Shown here piece after piece: positions 25,639 through 34,089 of a stretch of DNA of 60,202 nt. Numbering within the stretch: the first letter of the stretch is position 1; each line of letters starts with the position of its first letter. The DNA is taken from assembly GCA_007132185.1 (NCBI GenBank), contig SLPC01000081.1, positions 1 through 60,202 on the forward strand. Reading direction: 5' to 3'. This DNA comes from Anaerolineae bacterium (GTDB lineage Bacteria; Chloroflexota; Anaerolineae; UBA1429). Made by a program: the position numbers and the translations under genes. The notes beneath the pieces are model-generated. The model was not told the origin of the DNA. It ran no database searches and worked only from the letters and a program-made list of their open reading frames with translations.

Positions 25639-27315
25639 ATGGGGCGGATTCGCCTTCAAGTCGTTATCGCACTGCTCGCTATCATTGTCCTGGCAGTAGT
25701 TCTCGGCTATGCGGCGGTCACGGCCACGACAGTAACACTGCCAGAGGCCGGCGGCACCTATATCGAGGGCATCGCCGGCAATCCCTATCTGATCAACCCG
25801 GTCCTATCCCAGGCTAATCCTGTGGATCAGGATCTCGTAGCTCTGATCTTTACCGGCCTGACGCGCGCCGATGTGGATGGCAGTATCCTCCCCGATCTCG
25901 CCACACGTTGGGAGATCACCGAAGGGGGGATGGTCTATACCTTTTTCCTGCGCGACGACGTCTACTGGCATGATGGCGCACCCTTTACCTCTTCGGACGT
26001 CGTCTTTACCTTTCACGTCATGCAGGATGACGCCTTTGAGGGGATGCCCTTTCTTTCCAGCATGTGGCGCTCGGTGGTCGTCGAACAGCTCGATGACTAC
26101 ACTGTGCGGTTCATCCTGCGCGAGCCTTTTTCGCCCTTCCTGGACTATACCACCATTGGAATCCTGCCCGCTCATATCCTGGGCAGCGTTGATATCTCGG
26201 TGCTAAGCCAGAGCGCTTTCAGCACCGCACCTGTGGGCACTGGCCCCTATGCCGTGCAGGAGCTTGACCTGCAGCGCATCGTTCTCGCTGCCAGCCCTGA
26301 CTATTATGGCGAAAAGCCCTATATCGACCGGCTCGAATTCTTCTTTTATCCCGACGCTCCCTCGCTGCTAGAAGCCCGGCGCCGCGGTGAGATCTTGGCC
26401 ATGTCCCGGGTGCTGCCCGACCAACTCCCCGCCGTCCTGGAAGATGGATCGCTGCAACTCTATTCGGCGCCTCTCTCGGGCTACAATCTGGTCTTTTTGA
26501 ACCTGGATCGGGCCATCTTTCAGGATCGAAACGTGCGCCAGGCGATGATGTATGCCCTCAACCGACAGCAGTTGGTGAACGATGTCCTCGGCGGGCAAGG
26601 CATTGTGACCCACAGCCCCGTCCTGCCCGACTCGTGGGCCTACAATGCTTCCACGCCGATCTATGAGCAGGATCTCCGCAAGGCGCGCACCCTGCTCGAG
26701 GAGTCAGGCTGGTTCGATGATGACGGCGACGGCATACGTCAGCGCGGCGACCTGCGCCTCGAGTTCACCCTGGCCACCAACGCCGATGATCCAATCCGCG
26801 TCCAGTTGATCCATGCCATCAGTGAGCAACTGCTCAAGGTGGGCATCCACGCCATCCCCGAGACCGTCGGCTGGGAGGAGTTGGTGGGCCAGCAATTGCG
26901 GCTACGCCGCTTTGATGCCGTGCTCAGCGGTTGGCAGAGCCTGCCGCCCGATCCCGACCCCTATCCGTATTGGCATTCGAGCCAGGTCAGTGAGAATGGC
27001 GTCAACTTTGCCGGCTACATCAGCACCGAGGCTGACGCCCTCCTGGCCGAGGCCCGCCGCACCACCGATCTCGACACGCGCTGGAGCCTCTATCAGCGCT
27101 TTCAGGAGCTATTCGCCGAGGATGTGCCTTCTCTGCTGCTCTATCAGCCCGTCTATACTTATGCGGTCGACGAGAGTGTCTATGGCGTTCAGATAGGGCC
27201 CCTCTCCCACTCGGGAGAGCGATTCCGCAGTCTGCCCGCCTGGCACCTTTCGGTGCAGCGCATGCTCTACAGCGAGGCCCGAGAGCGAGGGCTCATCTCA
27301 CCAACCACCCGCTAG
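25639..27315 (+). CDS. ABC transporter substrate-binding protein, family 5 (peptide/nickel type)
   Basis: 558 aa with an N-terminal anchor. SBP_bac_5-like sequence: VYTFFLRDDVYWHDGAPFTSSDVVFTF. Confidence 0.85.
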   Translation: MGRIRLQVVIALLAIIVLAVVLGYAAVTATTVTLPEAGGTYIEGIAGNPYLINPVLSQANPVDQDLVALIFTGLTRADVDGSILPDLATRWEITEGGMVYTFFLRDDVYWHDGAPFTSSDVVFTFHVMQDDAFEGMPFLSSMWRSVVVEQLDDYTVRFILREPFSPFLDYTTIGILPAHILGSVDISVLSQSAFSTAPVGTGPYAVQELDLQRIVLAASPDYYGEKPYIDRLEFFFYPDAPSLLEARRRGEILAMSRVLPDQLPAVLEDGSLQLYSAPLSGYNLVFLNLDRAIFQDRNVRQAMMYALNRQQLVNDVLGGQGIVTHSPVLPDSWAYNASTPIYEQDLRKARTLLEESGWFDDDGDGIRQRGDLRLEFTLATNADDPIRVQLIHAISEQLLKVGIHAIPETVGWEELVGQQLRLRRFDAVLSGWQSLPPDPDPYPYWHSSQVSENGVNFAGYISTEADALLAEARRTTDLDTRWSLYQRFQELFAEDVPSLLLYQPVYTYAVDESVYGVQIGPLSHSGERFRSLPAWHLSVQRMLYSEARERGLISPTTR

Positions 27316-27344
27316 CAGCCCAGACGGGGCGGGGATATGGTGGT

Positions 27345-27373
27345 TTGACAGGATCGGGGAGCGGTGCTATCAT
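27345..27373 (+). promoter_or_regulatory. promoter of tRNA-Leu
   Basis: TTGACA (27345-27350), 17-nt spacer, TATCAT (27368-27373). The tRNA 5' end lies 13 nt downstream. Confidence 0.55.
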
Positions 27374-27385
27374 CTTGATTGCCTG

Positions 27386-27470
27386 GCCGAGATGGCGGAA
27401 CCGGCAGACGCGCTGCGTTCAGAGCGCAGTGGATATTAGATCCGTGAGGGTTCAAATCCCTCTCTCGGCA
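27386..27470 (+). tRNA. tRNA-Leu (anticodon CAG), class II with long variable arm, CCA not encoded
   Basis: Acceptor GCCGAGA/TCTCGGC, anticodon stem-loop CTGCG-TTCAGAG-CGCAG, variable arm TGGATATTAGATCCGT, T arm GAGGG-TTCAAAT-CCCTC, discriminator A. Confidence 0.9.
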
Positions 27471-27476
27471 TACAAA

Positions 27477-27509
27477 GCCCCGGTCCTCAATGGCCGGGGT
27501 GTTTTCTTT
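27477..27509 (+). terminator. intrinsic terminator after tRNA-Leu
   Basis: Stem GCCCCGG / CCGGGGT followed by GTTTTCTTT. Confidence 0.6.
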
Positions 27510-27547
27510 GCCGCATCATGTGATGTGGCCACACAAGAGAGAAAGCC

Positions 27548-28099
27548 ATGTGCTCGATAGAGCCCAAACAGCCCGACAGACAGGGCCTGGATGTGCGCAT
27601 CATTCGCAGCGCACGTCGCAAAAAGACAATCAGCGCCAAGCTGGTGAACTGGTACACCCTCGAGGTGCGCGTTCCGGACGATATCTCGGACACCGAGCTT
27701 GAGCAAGCTGTGGATGATCTGGTCCAGCGAATGCTGACCAAGCGGAAGAAGATGCGCGATTTCGTCTCCGATGAGGACCTGGAGCGCCGAGCGGCGCGTT
27801 ATAACCGGGCATTTTTCGGCAACGAGCTGAAATGGCGCAGCATCCGCTTTGTGGGCAACCAGCAAAAGCGCTTTGGCAGTTGCTCGCCCGCGCGAGGCAC
27901 GATCCGCATCTCGGATCGGCTGATCAACGCTCCGGCCTTTGTGCTCGATTACGTAATCATCCACGAGCTGGCGCACCTGATCGAGGCCAACCATTCGCCG
28001 CGCTTTTGGGAGCTGGTGTATCGCTTTGAGCGGACGGAACGGGCTCGAGGCTATCTGATGGCCCTGGCCATGGAGGACGATCTGGTGGGCGAATCATAA
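27548..28099 (+). CDS. YgjP-like metallopeptidase (DUF45/M48 family)
   Basis: HELAHLIEANHSPRFW zinc-binding motif near the C-terminus. 183 aa. Confidence 0.8.
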   Translation: MCSIEPKQPDRQGLDVRIIRSARRKKTISAKLVNWYTLEVRVPDDISDTELEQAVDDLVQRMLTKRKKMRDFVSDEDLERRAARYNRAFFGNELKWRSIRFVGNQQKRFGSCSPARGTIRISDRLINAPAFVLDYVIIHELAHLIEANHSPRFWELVYRFERTERARGYLMALAMEDDLVGES

Positions 28100-28201
28100 T
28101 AGATCAAAGAAGCCAGGTCGCGGCGCTGCGGATCTCTGATAAAGGGCACGAGTAGAGCCAGGGCCTGGATCCTGGGGCATGTACTCGGATTGGGGGGAAA
28201 C

Positions 28202-29614
28202 GTGAGAACGGAAACCGATTCTTTGGGCGATGTCCTTGTCCCTGGTGAGGCGCTGTGGGGGGCACAGTCCCAACGGGCAATCGAGAATTTCGATGTCAGC
28301 GGGCTCAAGCAGGCGGCAAGCTATCTGTCGGCCACGGCCCTCGTCAAGCTGGCCGCCGCCGAGGTAAACATGGCGCTGGGCCTGTTGGACAAGGAGCACG
28401 GCCAGGCCATTGCCGAGGCAGCCCGCGAGATCGTCGAGGGCCGTTGGCATGACCAGTTCGTCGTAGATCCCTTTCAGGCCGGGGCGGGTACGTCCCACAA
28501 CATGAACGCCAACGAGGTGATCGCCAACCTGGCTAACGAAAAGCTGGGCGGCCAACGCGGAGTGTATCAGCCCGTACATCCCAACGACCACGTGAACATG
28601 GCGCAATCCACCAATGACGTGATCCCCACCGTCCTGCGGGTGGCCGCCAGCCTGGAGGTGGGCAGCCTGCTGGATGCGCTGGATGGCCTCGCCGCACACC
28701 TGAAGGAAAAGGCAGCTGCATTCGATCGGGTGCTCAAGCCGGGACGCACCCACCTGCAGGATGCCGTGCCGGTACGCCTGGGCCAAGAGTTTGGCGGCTA
28801 TGCCCAGGCCATCCGGCTGGATCGCGAGCGCATCGCCCGCGCCGCCGAGGGCCTGCGCCGGCTGGGCATTGGGGGAACCGCCACCGGCACGGGGCTCAAC
28901 TCGCACCCCCGCTATCATATATGCATGGTCGAGCGCCTTGCGGAGCTCACGGGTATTCCGTTCGTCAGCTCGGGCAACCTCTTCGAGTCGATGCAGAGCT
29001 CGGCCGATATGACGGACTTTTCTTCGGCTCTGCGCACCCTGGCCGTCACCCTCACCCGCATCGCCAACGATCTGCGCCTCCTCAGCTCGGGGCCTACCAC
29101 AGGCCTGTTCGAGATCAACCTCCCGGCCCTGCAGCCCGGCTCATCGATTATGCCCGGCAAAGTGAATCCCGTGATCCCCGAGATGCTGAATATGGTATGC
29201 TATCATGTGATGGGCAACGATCTGGCGGTGATGAGCGCAGCGCAGGCGGGTCAACTCGAGCTAAACGTCATGACGCCGATCATTGCCTACAACCTGCTGC
29301 AATCGATGCAGATCCTGACCAACGGCGTGCGCCTTTTTGCCGACCGCTGCATCCGCGGCATCACGGCCAATGTCGAGCGCTGCCAGGAACTGGCCGAAAA
29401 GAGCATTGGCCTGGCCACAGCCCTCAATGCCTACATCGGGTATGCGGCCGCAGCCAAGGTGGCGCAAGAGGCCATGACGCGCAATGTGCCCTTGCGGCAG
29501 GTGATTCTGGAGCAGGAGTTGCTGACGGAGGAGCAGTTGGCCCAGATCCTGGACCCTCTGGCCATGACCGAGCCGGGGATCCCGGGGCGCGCGGCGGACG
29601 AGACAGCGGAATAG
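28202..29614 (+). CDS. aspA: aspartate ammonia-lyase (class II fumarase/aspartase family)
   Basis: Signature GSSIMPGKVNPVIPE. The C-terminal LTEEQLAQILDPLAMTEPGIPGR is aspartase-like. GTG 28202 follows GGGGGGA. The track starts at TTG 28190. Confidence 0.8.
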   Translation: MRTETDSLGDVLVPGEALWGAQSQRAIENFDVSGLKQAASYLSATALVKLAAAEVNMALGLLDKEHGQAIAEAAREIVEGRWHDQFVVDPFQAGAGTSHNMNANEVIANLANEKLGGQRGVYQPVHPNDHVNMAQSTNDVIPTVLRVAASLEVGSLLDALDGLAAHLKEKAAAFDRVLKPGRTHLQDAVPVRLGQEFGGYAQAIRLDRERIARAAEGLRRLGIGGTATGTGLNSHPRYHICMVERLAELTGIPFVSSGNLFESMQSSADMTDFSSALRTLAVTLTRIANDLRLLSSGPTTGLFEINLPALQPGSSIMPGKVNPVIPEMLNMVCYHVMGNDLAVMSAAQAGQLELNVMTPIIAYNLLQSMQILTNGVRLFADRCIRGITANVERCQELAEKSIGLATALNAYIGYAAAAKVAQEAMTRNVPLRQVILEQELLTEEQLAQILDPLAMTEPGIPGRAADETAE

Positions 29615-29717
29615 GACATCGAGGAAAAGCATCTTGTCCAGACATGAGAGAGCCGAAATGCGTGGTGGGCATAGACAAGCTTTGCCCTTACACAAGACCG
29701 TACGAGCTACTCGCACC

Positions 29718-30824
29718 CTACCATAGAGTGCCCTGCAGCTTTTCCAGGGTCTTGACGGTCACGCCCGTCAGGCCATAGTCGGCCAGTTCGTCCTGGGCCA
29801 GCCAATGGAGAGCATCCCAAGTCTGGTGCTCATGTAGAGCAGGCTCGCCCGAAATACAGCAGTCATAGACCCGCACCCGCACATTGAAATGCGTATAGCC
29901 ATGAGCAACGTTCAGCAACTCCTCGCCGATCTGCGCAGCTACGTGCAACTCCTGTTGGAGCGCTGTTATGAGGAACGTGGCGAGCGGCTCCCCAGCATCG
30001 GATGGGACAGAAAAGGTGGGTAGCTCCCACAAGCCACCCAGCAGCCCCTGGGGGCGCCGCCGGGCGATCAGCCAACGGCCGTCGTCGCGCTTTAAATAGG
30101 CCGCTACCATCTGGACCGTGGGATTGGGGCCCCGCCGGGCGCGAAGGGGGCGCAGCTCTTGGACGCCGCGCTCACGGGCGAGGCAATAGGGCGCAATGGG
30201 ACACGCGCCACAGGCAGGCACGCCGGGCAGGCACACGGAGGTCCCCAGGTCCATAAGCGCCTGGTTGAACTGACGGGCTCGACCGGTGGGGAGCAGGGCC
30301 CTGGCATAGCCCTCGAGCGTGCGTTTGGCCGCCGTCGTGCTGCTCTCGCCAGCATAGTCGAACAGGCGGGCCAGGATCCGCTTGACATTGCCATCCAGGG
30401 CGACCGCATCCTGGCCAAAGGCGATGCTCAGGAGGGCGCCCACCGTGTAATCGCCAATACCCGGCAGGCGCAATAGCGCCTCGCGATCGGCGGGGAGTTG
30501 ACCGCCATGTTCCGAGACCACGATCCGGGCCGCCCGATGCAGACTACGAGCCCGTGCATAGTAGCCCAGGCCCTGCCACAGGGCCAACACCTCGGACAGC
30601 TCGGCCTCGGCCAGAGCCCGGACGGTGGGGAACCGCTCTAGAAAACGTTCATAGTAAGGGATCACCGCCGTAACTCGGGTCTGCTGGAGCATGATCTCCG
30701 AGACCCAGATCCGGTAGGAATCCTTGGTGCGGCGCCAGGGCAGATCGCGCCGGTGTACTGCGTACCAGGCCAGCAGCGCATCGGCCAGCTCTGCGGCATG
30801 GTGTACAGAAAAGCCGTCAGGCAT
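29718..30824 (-). CDS. mutY: A/G-specific adenine DNA glycosylase
   Basis: LLAWYAVHRRDLPWRRTKDSYRIWVSEIMLQQTRV, Fe-S cluster loop CxxxxxxCxxCxxxxxC, and a NUDIX-like C-terminus. Start set at ATG 30824. The track ORF extends to 30923. Confidence 0.9.
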   Translation of the reverse strand: MPDGFSVHHAAELADALLAWYAVHRRDLPWRRTKDSYRIWVSEIMLQQTRVTAVIPYYERFLERFPTVRALAEAELSEVLALWQGLGYYARARSLHRAARIVVSEHGGQLPADREALLRLPGIGDYTVGALLSIAFGQDAVALDGNVKRILARLFDYAGESSTTAAKRTLEGYARALLPTGRARQFNQALMDLGTSVCLPGVPACGACPIAPYCLARERGVQELRPLRARRGPNPTVQMVAAYLKRDDGRWLIARRRPQGLLGGLWELPTFSVPSDAGEPLATFLITALQQELHVAAQIGEELLNVAHGYTHFNVRVRVYDCCISGEPALHEHQTWDALHWLAQDELADYGLTGVTVKTLEKLQGTLW

Positions 30825-31063
30825 GGGATCGCCTGCCCGAGTTTGCGATTGTCTATTGAATGAGGATTCCAATGTATCTTTCTTTGCTACGCTTGCTCGT
30901 TGAAATCTCGCAGCAGAGCCCACTGCTCTATATCGGGCTGATCGTGATCTTGATGGCCTCCTGGGGCCTGATCGTTGCGGCCATCACCGAAATCGCGATC
31001 AAGCTGTTCGATATCCGCGACATGGTCTGATCCAAGGCGACACAGCTTGATCGCGCCTGCCCG

Positions 31064-32095
31064 TCACCTGTATACGTTGGTCATGTCGCGCAACACCGCC
31101 GCCGAAGTGGCCACCGGGCCCTCAGCCGTGATGACGGCGCTGATGCGGCCCATCGTGTCGGTGTGATAGACCACGCCCATATCCCACATTCCCGTGCGGG
31201 CCATCGGATGCGATTGCTCGAGGGCCACAGGCCCCACCGAGAGATCAAAATCTTGGCCATCCCACTCGGCAACGGCTAGGGGCTTGATCACGCGGCCCTG
31301 CGCCTGGGCCTCTTCCAGTTGCTCTAACGTTACCTTACGGATGCCCTCTACCCTGACATCGGCCAGGGTGGTGGCACGCCGTAGAACGCTGTTGGCGATG
31401 ATCACCAACTTGTTGGCGGCATCCCATCCGTCCACATCCAAGGTCGGATCCGCCTCGGCGATGCCACCCTCTTGCGCGCCCTTGAGCGCCTCGTCATATC
31501 CCATCTGCTCGCTGGCCATGCGAGTCAGGATATAGTTAGTGGTGCCGTTGAAAATGCCCTCGACTCGAGTCACGCCGCTGCCCGCCAGATCGCGGACGCC
31601 GATATTGACCGTGGGCAAGCCGCCGGCCACGGTGCCGCTGTAGGATAGTGTGACCCCCGCCTCCTCAGCAGCCCCTGTCAGCTCACCAAAGGCCAGTACC
31701 AGAGGCCCCTTGTTGGCCATAACTACATGGCAGCCCTGGGCGATGGCGGCGCGCACGCAGCTCATCCCTGGCTCGCCATCTTCCAAGTTGGTGGGGGAGG
31801 CATCCACAACAATGTCCGCCTCGACGCTTTGCACCATCTCTAGCGCATTCATGCCCGGGCGCCCAGCCTGCGGGTAGACGGCAGCACCATAGCCGCCCAG
31901 CTTGAGCTGGATCAACTGCCTCAGTGTGAGGCCGGCATCATCTATCGCTGCGCCAGAAGAGTCGGCGGCCCCCACCAAACGAAAGCGCAGACCATAGTCA
32001 CGGGCGATGGCCTCTTGTCGCTGTAGTAAAATGTCTAGCAGATTGCGCCCGATATTGCCCAGACCGATCAGAATAAAGCGAATCTCGCGCTCCAT
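31064..32095 (-). CDS. hom: homoserine dehydrogenase (no ACT domain)
   Basis: IRFILIGLGNIGRN Rossmann motif, plus ANKGPLV and GIFNGTTNYILTRM. ATG 32095 follows AGGAGATAACA. The track ORF extends to 32155. Confidence 0.85.
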   Translation of the reverse strand: MEREIRFILIGLGNIGRNLLDILLQRQEAIARDYGLRFRLVGAADSSGAAIDDAGLTLRQLIQLKLGGYGAAVYPQAGRPGMNALEMVQSVEADIVVDASPTNLEDGEPGMSCVRAAIAQGCHVVMANKGPLVLAFGELTGAAEEAGVTLSYSGTVAGGLPTVNIGVRDLAGSGVTRVEGIFNGTTNYILTRMASEQMGYDEALKGAQEGGIAEADPTLDVDGWDAANKLVIIANSVLRRATTLADVRVEGIRKVTLEQLEEAQAQGRVIKPLAVAEWDGQDFDLSVGPVALEQSHPMARTGMWDMGVVYHTDTMGRISAVITAEGPVATSAAVLRDMTNVYR

Positions 32096-32159
32096 TGTTA
32101 TCTCCTGTCGAGTGGATCCCAGGTCAACTCCCAAGAATTGTGCTAACGGCCCCAAATAG

Positions 32160-32190
32160 AAAAAAAGGGGAGCTCATATTGAGCCCCCCT
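32160..32190 (-). terminator. intrinsic terminator after the selenoprotein gene
   Basis: Minus strand: AGGGGGGCTC-AATAT-GAGCTCCCCT followed by TTTTTTT (plus-strand A run 32160-32166). Confidence 0.6.
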
Positions 32191-32206
32191 TTGCGCTCAG
32201 ATAAGC

Positions 32207-32446
32207 CTAGAGCTTTTTACCAATGTCCTCAACCACGGCAGTCTCACTGGGAAACCGCCCTGTTTCGAGTTTGGAGTAGATCTGCTCTTCGTCCACCTTG
32301 ATCTCGAATGCGCCTCCCCCTGAAGGGAGGAGTGCAAGCTCGGACACCTGGTTCTTGAACTTGTCGAGGATGAGCTGCGCCAGACTGGCGGCTCGAGGAA
32401 GGTAGCCTCAAGCAGTGCAATACTGAATCGAAACTTTACTACTCAT
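32207..32446 (-). CDS. SelW/SelT/SelH (Rdx) family selenoprotein with in-frame UGA (Sec) in a CxxU motif
   Basis: Not in the ORF track. Hand translation: MSSKVSIQYCTA-U-GYLPRAASLAQLILDKFKNQVSELALLPSGGGAFEIKVDEEQIYSKLETGRFPSETAVVEDIGKKL-stop. TGA is codon 13 (32408-32410). SD AAGGAG is 7 nt before the ATG. 240 nt in total. Confidence 0.8.
32372..32394 (-). other. candidate bacterial SECIS-like hairpin
   Basis: The minus-strand RNA GAGC-CGCCA-GUC-UGGCG-(CA bulge)-GCUC starts 13 nt after the UGA. The apical loop contains G and U. Confidence 0.4.
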
Positions 32447-32484
32447 GTCTTTCTCCTTCTCGTATAGAGAACACCAACAGCTAC

Positions 32485-32514
32485 ATTATAGCTCATTGTC
32501 AGGGGACGAGGCAA
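32485..32514 (-). promoter_or_regulatory. putative promoter of the selenoprotein gene
   Basis: Minus strand: TTGCCT, 18-nt spacer, TATAAT (plus coordinates 32509-32514 and 32485-32490). Confidence 0.4.
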
Positions 32515-32557
32515 ACCGATTTGAGCTTTGCTGGAGCCAAATCAGCCACTGTCCGCA

Positions 32558-32586
32558 TTGACAGCGCCCGCTCATAGTGTTACCAT
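32558..32586 (+). promoter_or_regulatory. putative promoter of hpf
   Basis: TTGACA (32558-32563), 17-nt spacer, TACCAT (32581-32586). Confidence 0.5.
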
Positions 32587-32589
32587 CAA

Positions 32590-32627
32590 GTCAACAGAGG
32601 GACTCGAGAATCTGACCCTCTGTTGAC
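32590..32627 (+). promoter_or_regulatory. 12-bp perfect stem-loop at the predicted 5' end of the hpf mRNA
   Basis: GTCAACAGAGGG (32590-32601) pairs with CCCTCTGTTGAC (32616-32627), with a 14-nt loop. Confidence 0.5.
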
Positions 32628-32689
32628 CCGGCCATGAGTCTAGCCCGTGTCCTCAACTCGTGACCACAATACAGTTAGGAGGCGCAAGC

Positions 32690-33262
32690 ATGGAAGTTAT
32701 TGTCAAGAGCCGAGGGGTAGAGTTGGGAGATGGCCTGCGCGAATATGTCGAACGCAAGGTAAATAAGCTCGATCGTTTCTTGCCAGATATCCGTGAAGCC
32801 GAAGTAGACTTGATTGTTCAAAAGACCCGCTCTGCGGAGGCGAGTCAAATAGCCCAGATCACACTACGTGGGAACCGAGGTCTCGTCGTGCGCGCCGAGG
32901 AGAGGTCCGGAGACCTGCGCTCATCTGTGGATGTGGCGCTGGACAAGATAGAGCGCCAGATCAAGCGCTACAAGGGTAAGCATTGGGCCTCCCAGCAGCA
33001 ACAGCAGCAACGTCAGGCTGAAAATGAGATGGAGGCGGCTGTTGAAGAGATGGGGATGGAGCCAGAGGAAGAGTTTCCCGGGCAGGTAGTGCGCGTCAAA
33101 GAGTTCTATACCCGTCCCATGGACGTCGAAGAGGCCATCGAGCAGATGGAGCTGCTGGGGCATGACTTTTTTATCTTTTACAACATAAACACCAACAATT
33201 ACAGCGTCGTCTATCGCCGGAGCGATGAAGGGTATGGCTTGTTGCTGCCCGAGTTGGTCTAG
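32690..33262 (+). CDS. hpf: ribosome hibernation promoting factor (long HPF)
   Basis: MEVIVKSRGVELGDGLREYVERKVNKLDRF, a poly-Q/E linker, and the C-terminal dimerisation domain VVRVKEFYTRPMDVEEAIEQMELLGHDFFIFYN. SD AGGAGG. The track starts at GTG 32660. Confidence 0.9.
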   Translation: MEVIVKSRGVELGDGLREYVERKVNKLDRFLPDIREAEVDLIVQKTRSAEASQIAQITLRGNRGLVVRAEERSGDLRSSVDVALDKIERQIKRYKGKHWASQQQQQQRQAENEMEAAVEEMGMEPEEEFPGQVVRVKEFYTRPMDVEEAIEQMELLGHDFFIFYNINTNNYSVVYRRSDEGYGLLLPELV

Positions 33263-33276
33263 TTGCCGCTATAGGC

Positions 33277-33310
33277 AAGCGGGGTGAGAATCGATCTCAC
33301 CCCGCTTTTG
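33277..33310 (+). terminator. intrinsic terminator after hpf
   Basis: 13-bp stem AAGCGGGGTGAGA / TCTCACCCCGCTT with loop ATCGA. The stem's terminal TT runs into TTG (T run 33306-33309). Confidence 0.7.
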
Positions 33311-33329
33311 CGTTGCTCGCAGGACATAC

Positions 33330-34088
33330 CTAGGCCTCGGTCCGCCTGAGCCGCATCAGCCGTAACGTCACCAAAAAGCCGTAATAGTAGGCCACCAGGG
33401 CGCACAGCTTGAACCCGTGCCAGCCGTCCCGATAGCCCTCGAGCCGCACATAGCGCCGCCAGAACTCTTTGAGAGGTTGTGTGACCAGATGTCGCAAACG
33501 GGGACGCCCCCCCTCCTGCAGGCGGATGTGCGCCTCCAGATCCACGTATTGCTGCTGCTTGGTAAGGAACTGGGACATGCTGGTATAGTTCTCGTGCAGC
33601 AGATGCTCCTTGAGGTAACCCTCAGGGCCATTGAGAAGCACCACCTCGTGGACGCGGCGCTGCGGGTCATAACGCGCCTTTTCCACCCGCAACAGACGAA
33701 GCTGATAGTCGGGGTACCAACCGCCATAGCGGGTCTCCTTACCCCAGATATAGTTGCGCCTCGGCACCCACCACCCGGCGCACTCGCCTTCACTGATCCG
33801 CGTGCGGATCTCCTCGCCCAGGGCCGGCGTCGTCCGCTCATCCGAGTCCAGGTAAAAGAGCCACTCGGTGCGCGTCTGCTCGAGGCCAACGTTGCGCTGC
33901 TGGGCGAAATCGCAAAAGCGACTGCGCACCACCCGCGCCCCAAGGCCCCGGGCGATCTTTGCGGTACGGTCGGTGCTGCGGTCATCGAGGATCACCAGCC
34001 GCTCGTCAGCCCACGCCGCGCTTTCCAGGCATTCGCCGATAATGTCCTCGTTGTTGCCTGCCAGTATGCCGACGGTGATGCGAGCCAT
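33330..34088 (-). CDS. glycosyltransferase family 2
   Basis: MARITVGILAGNNEDIIGECLES...ILDDRSTDRT (GT-A fold, DxD region). The ATG lies 1 nt after the upstream TAA. The track ORF extends to 34145. Confidence 0.85.
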   Translation of the reverse strand: MARITVGILAGNNEDIIGECLESAAWADERLVILDDRSTDRTAKIARGLGARVVRSRFCDFAQQRNVGLEQTRTEWLFYLDSDERTTPALGEEIRTRISEGECAGWWVPRRNYIWGKETRYGGWYPDYQLRLLRVEKARYDPQRRVHEVVLLNGPEGYLKEHLLHENYTSMSQFLTKQQQYVDLEAHIRLQEGGRPRLRHLVTQPLKEFWRRYVRLEGYRDGWHGFKLCALVAYYYGFLVTLRLMRLRRTEA

Positions 34089-34089
34089 G

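Noticed and set aside
30860-31030. 56-aa + strand ORF (MRIPMYLSLLRLLVEISQQSPLLYIGLIVILMASWGLIVAAITEIAIKLFDIRDMV) between mutY and hom
   Set aside because: It has one plausible TM helix. However, it has no SD, it is oriented opposite to both neighbours, and I cannot test its conservation. It is kept only as a note for small-protein searches.
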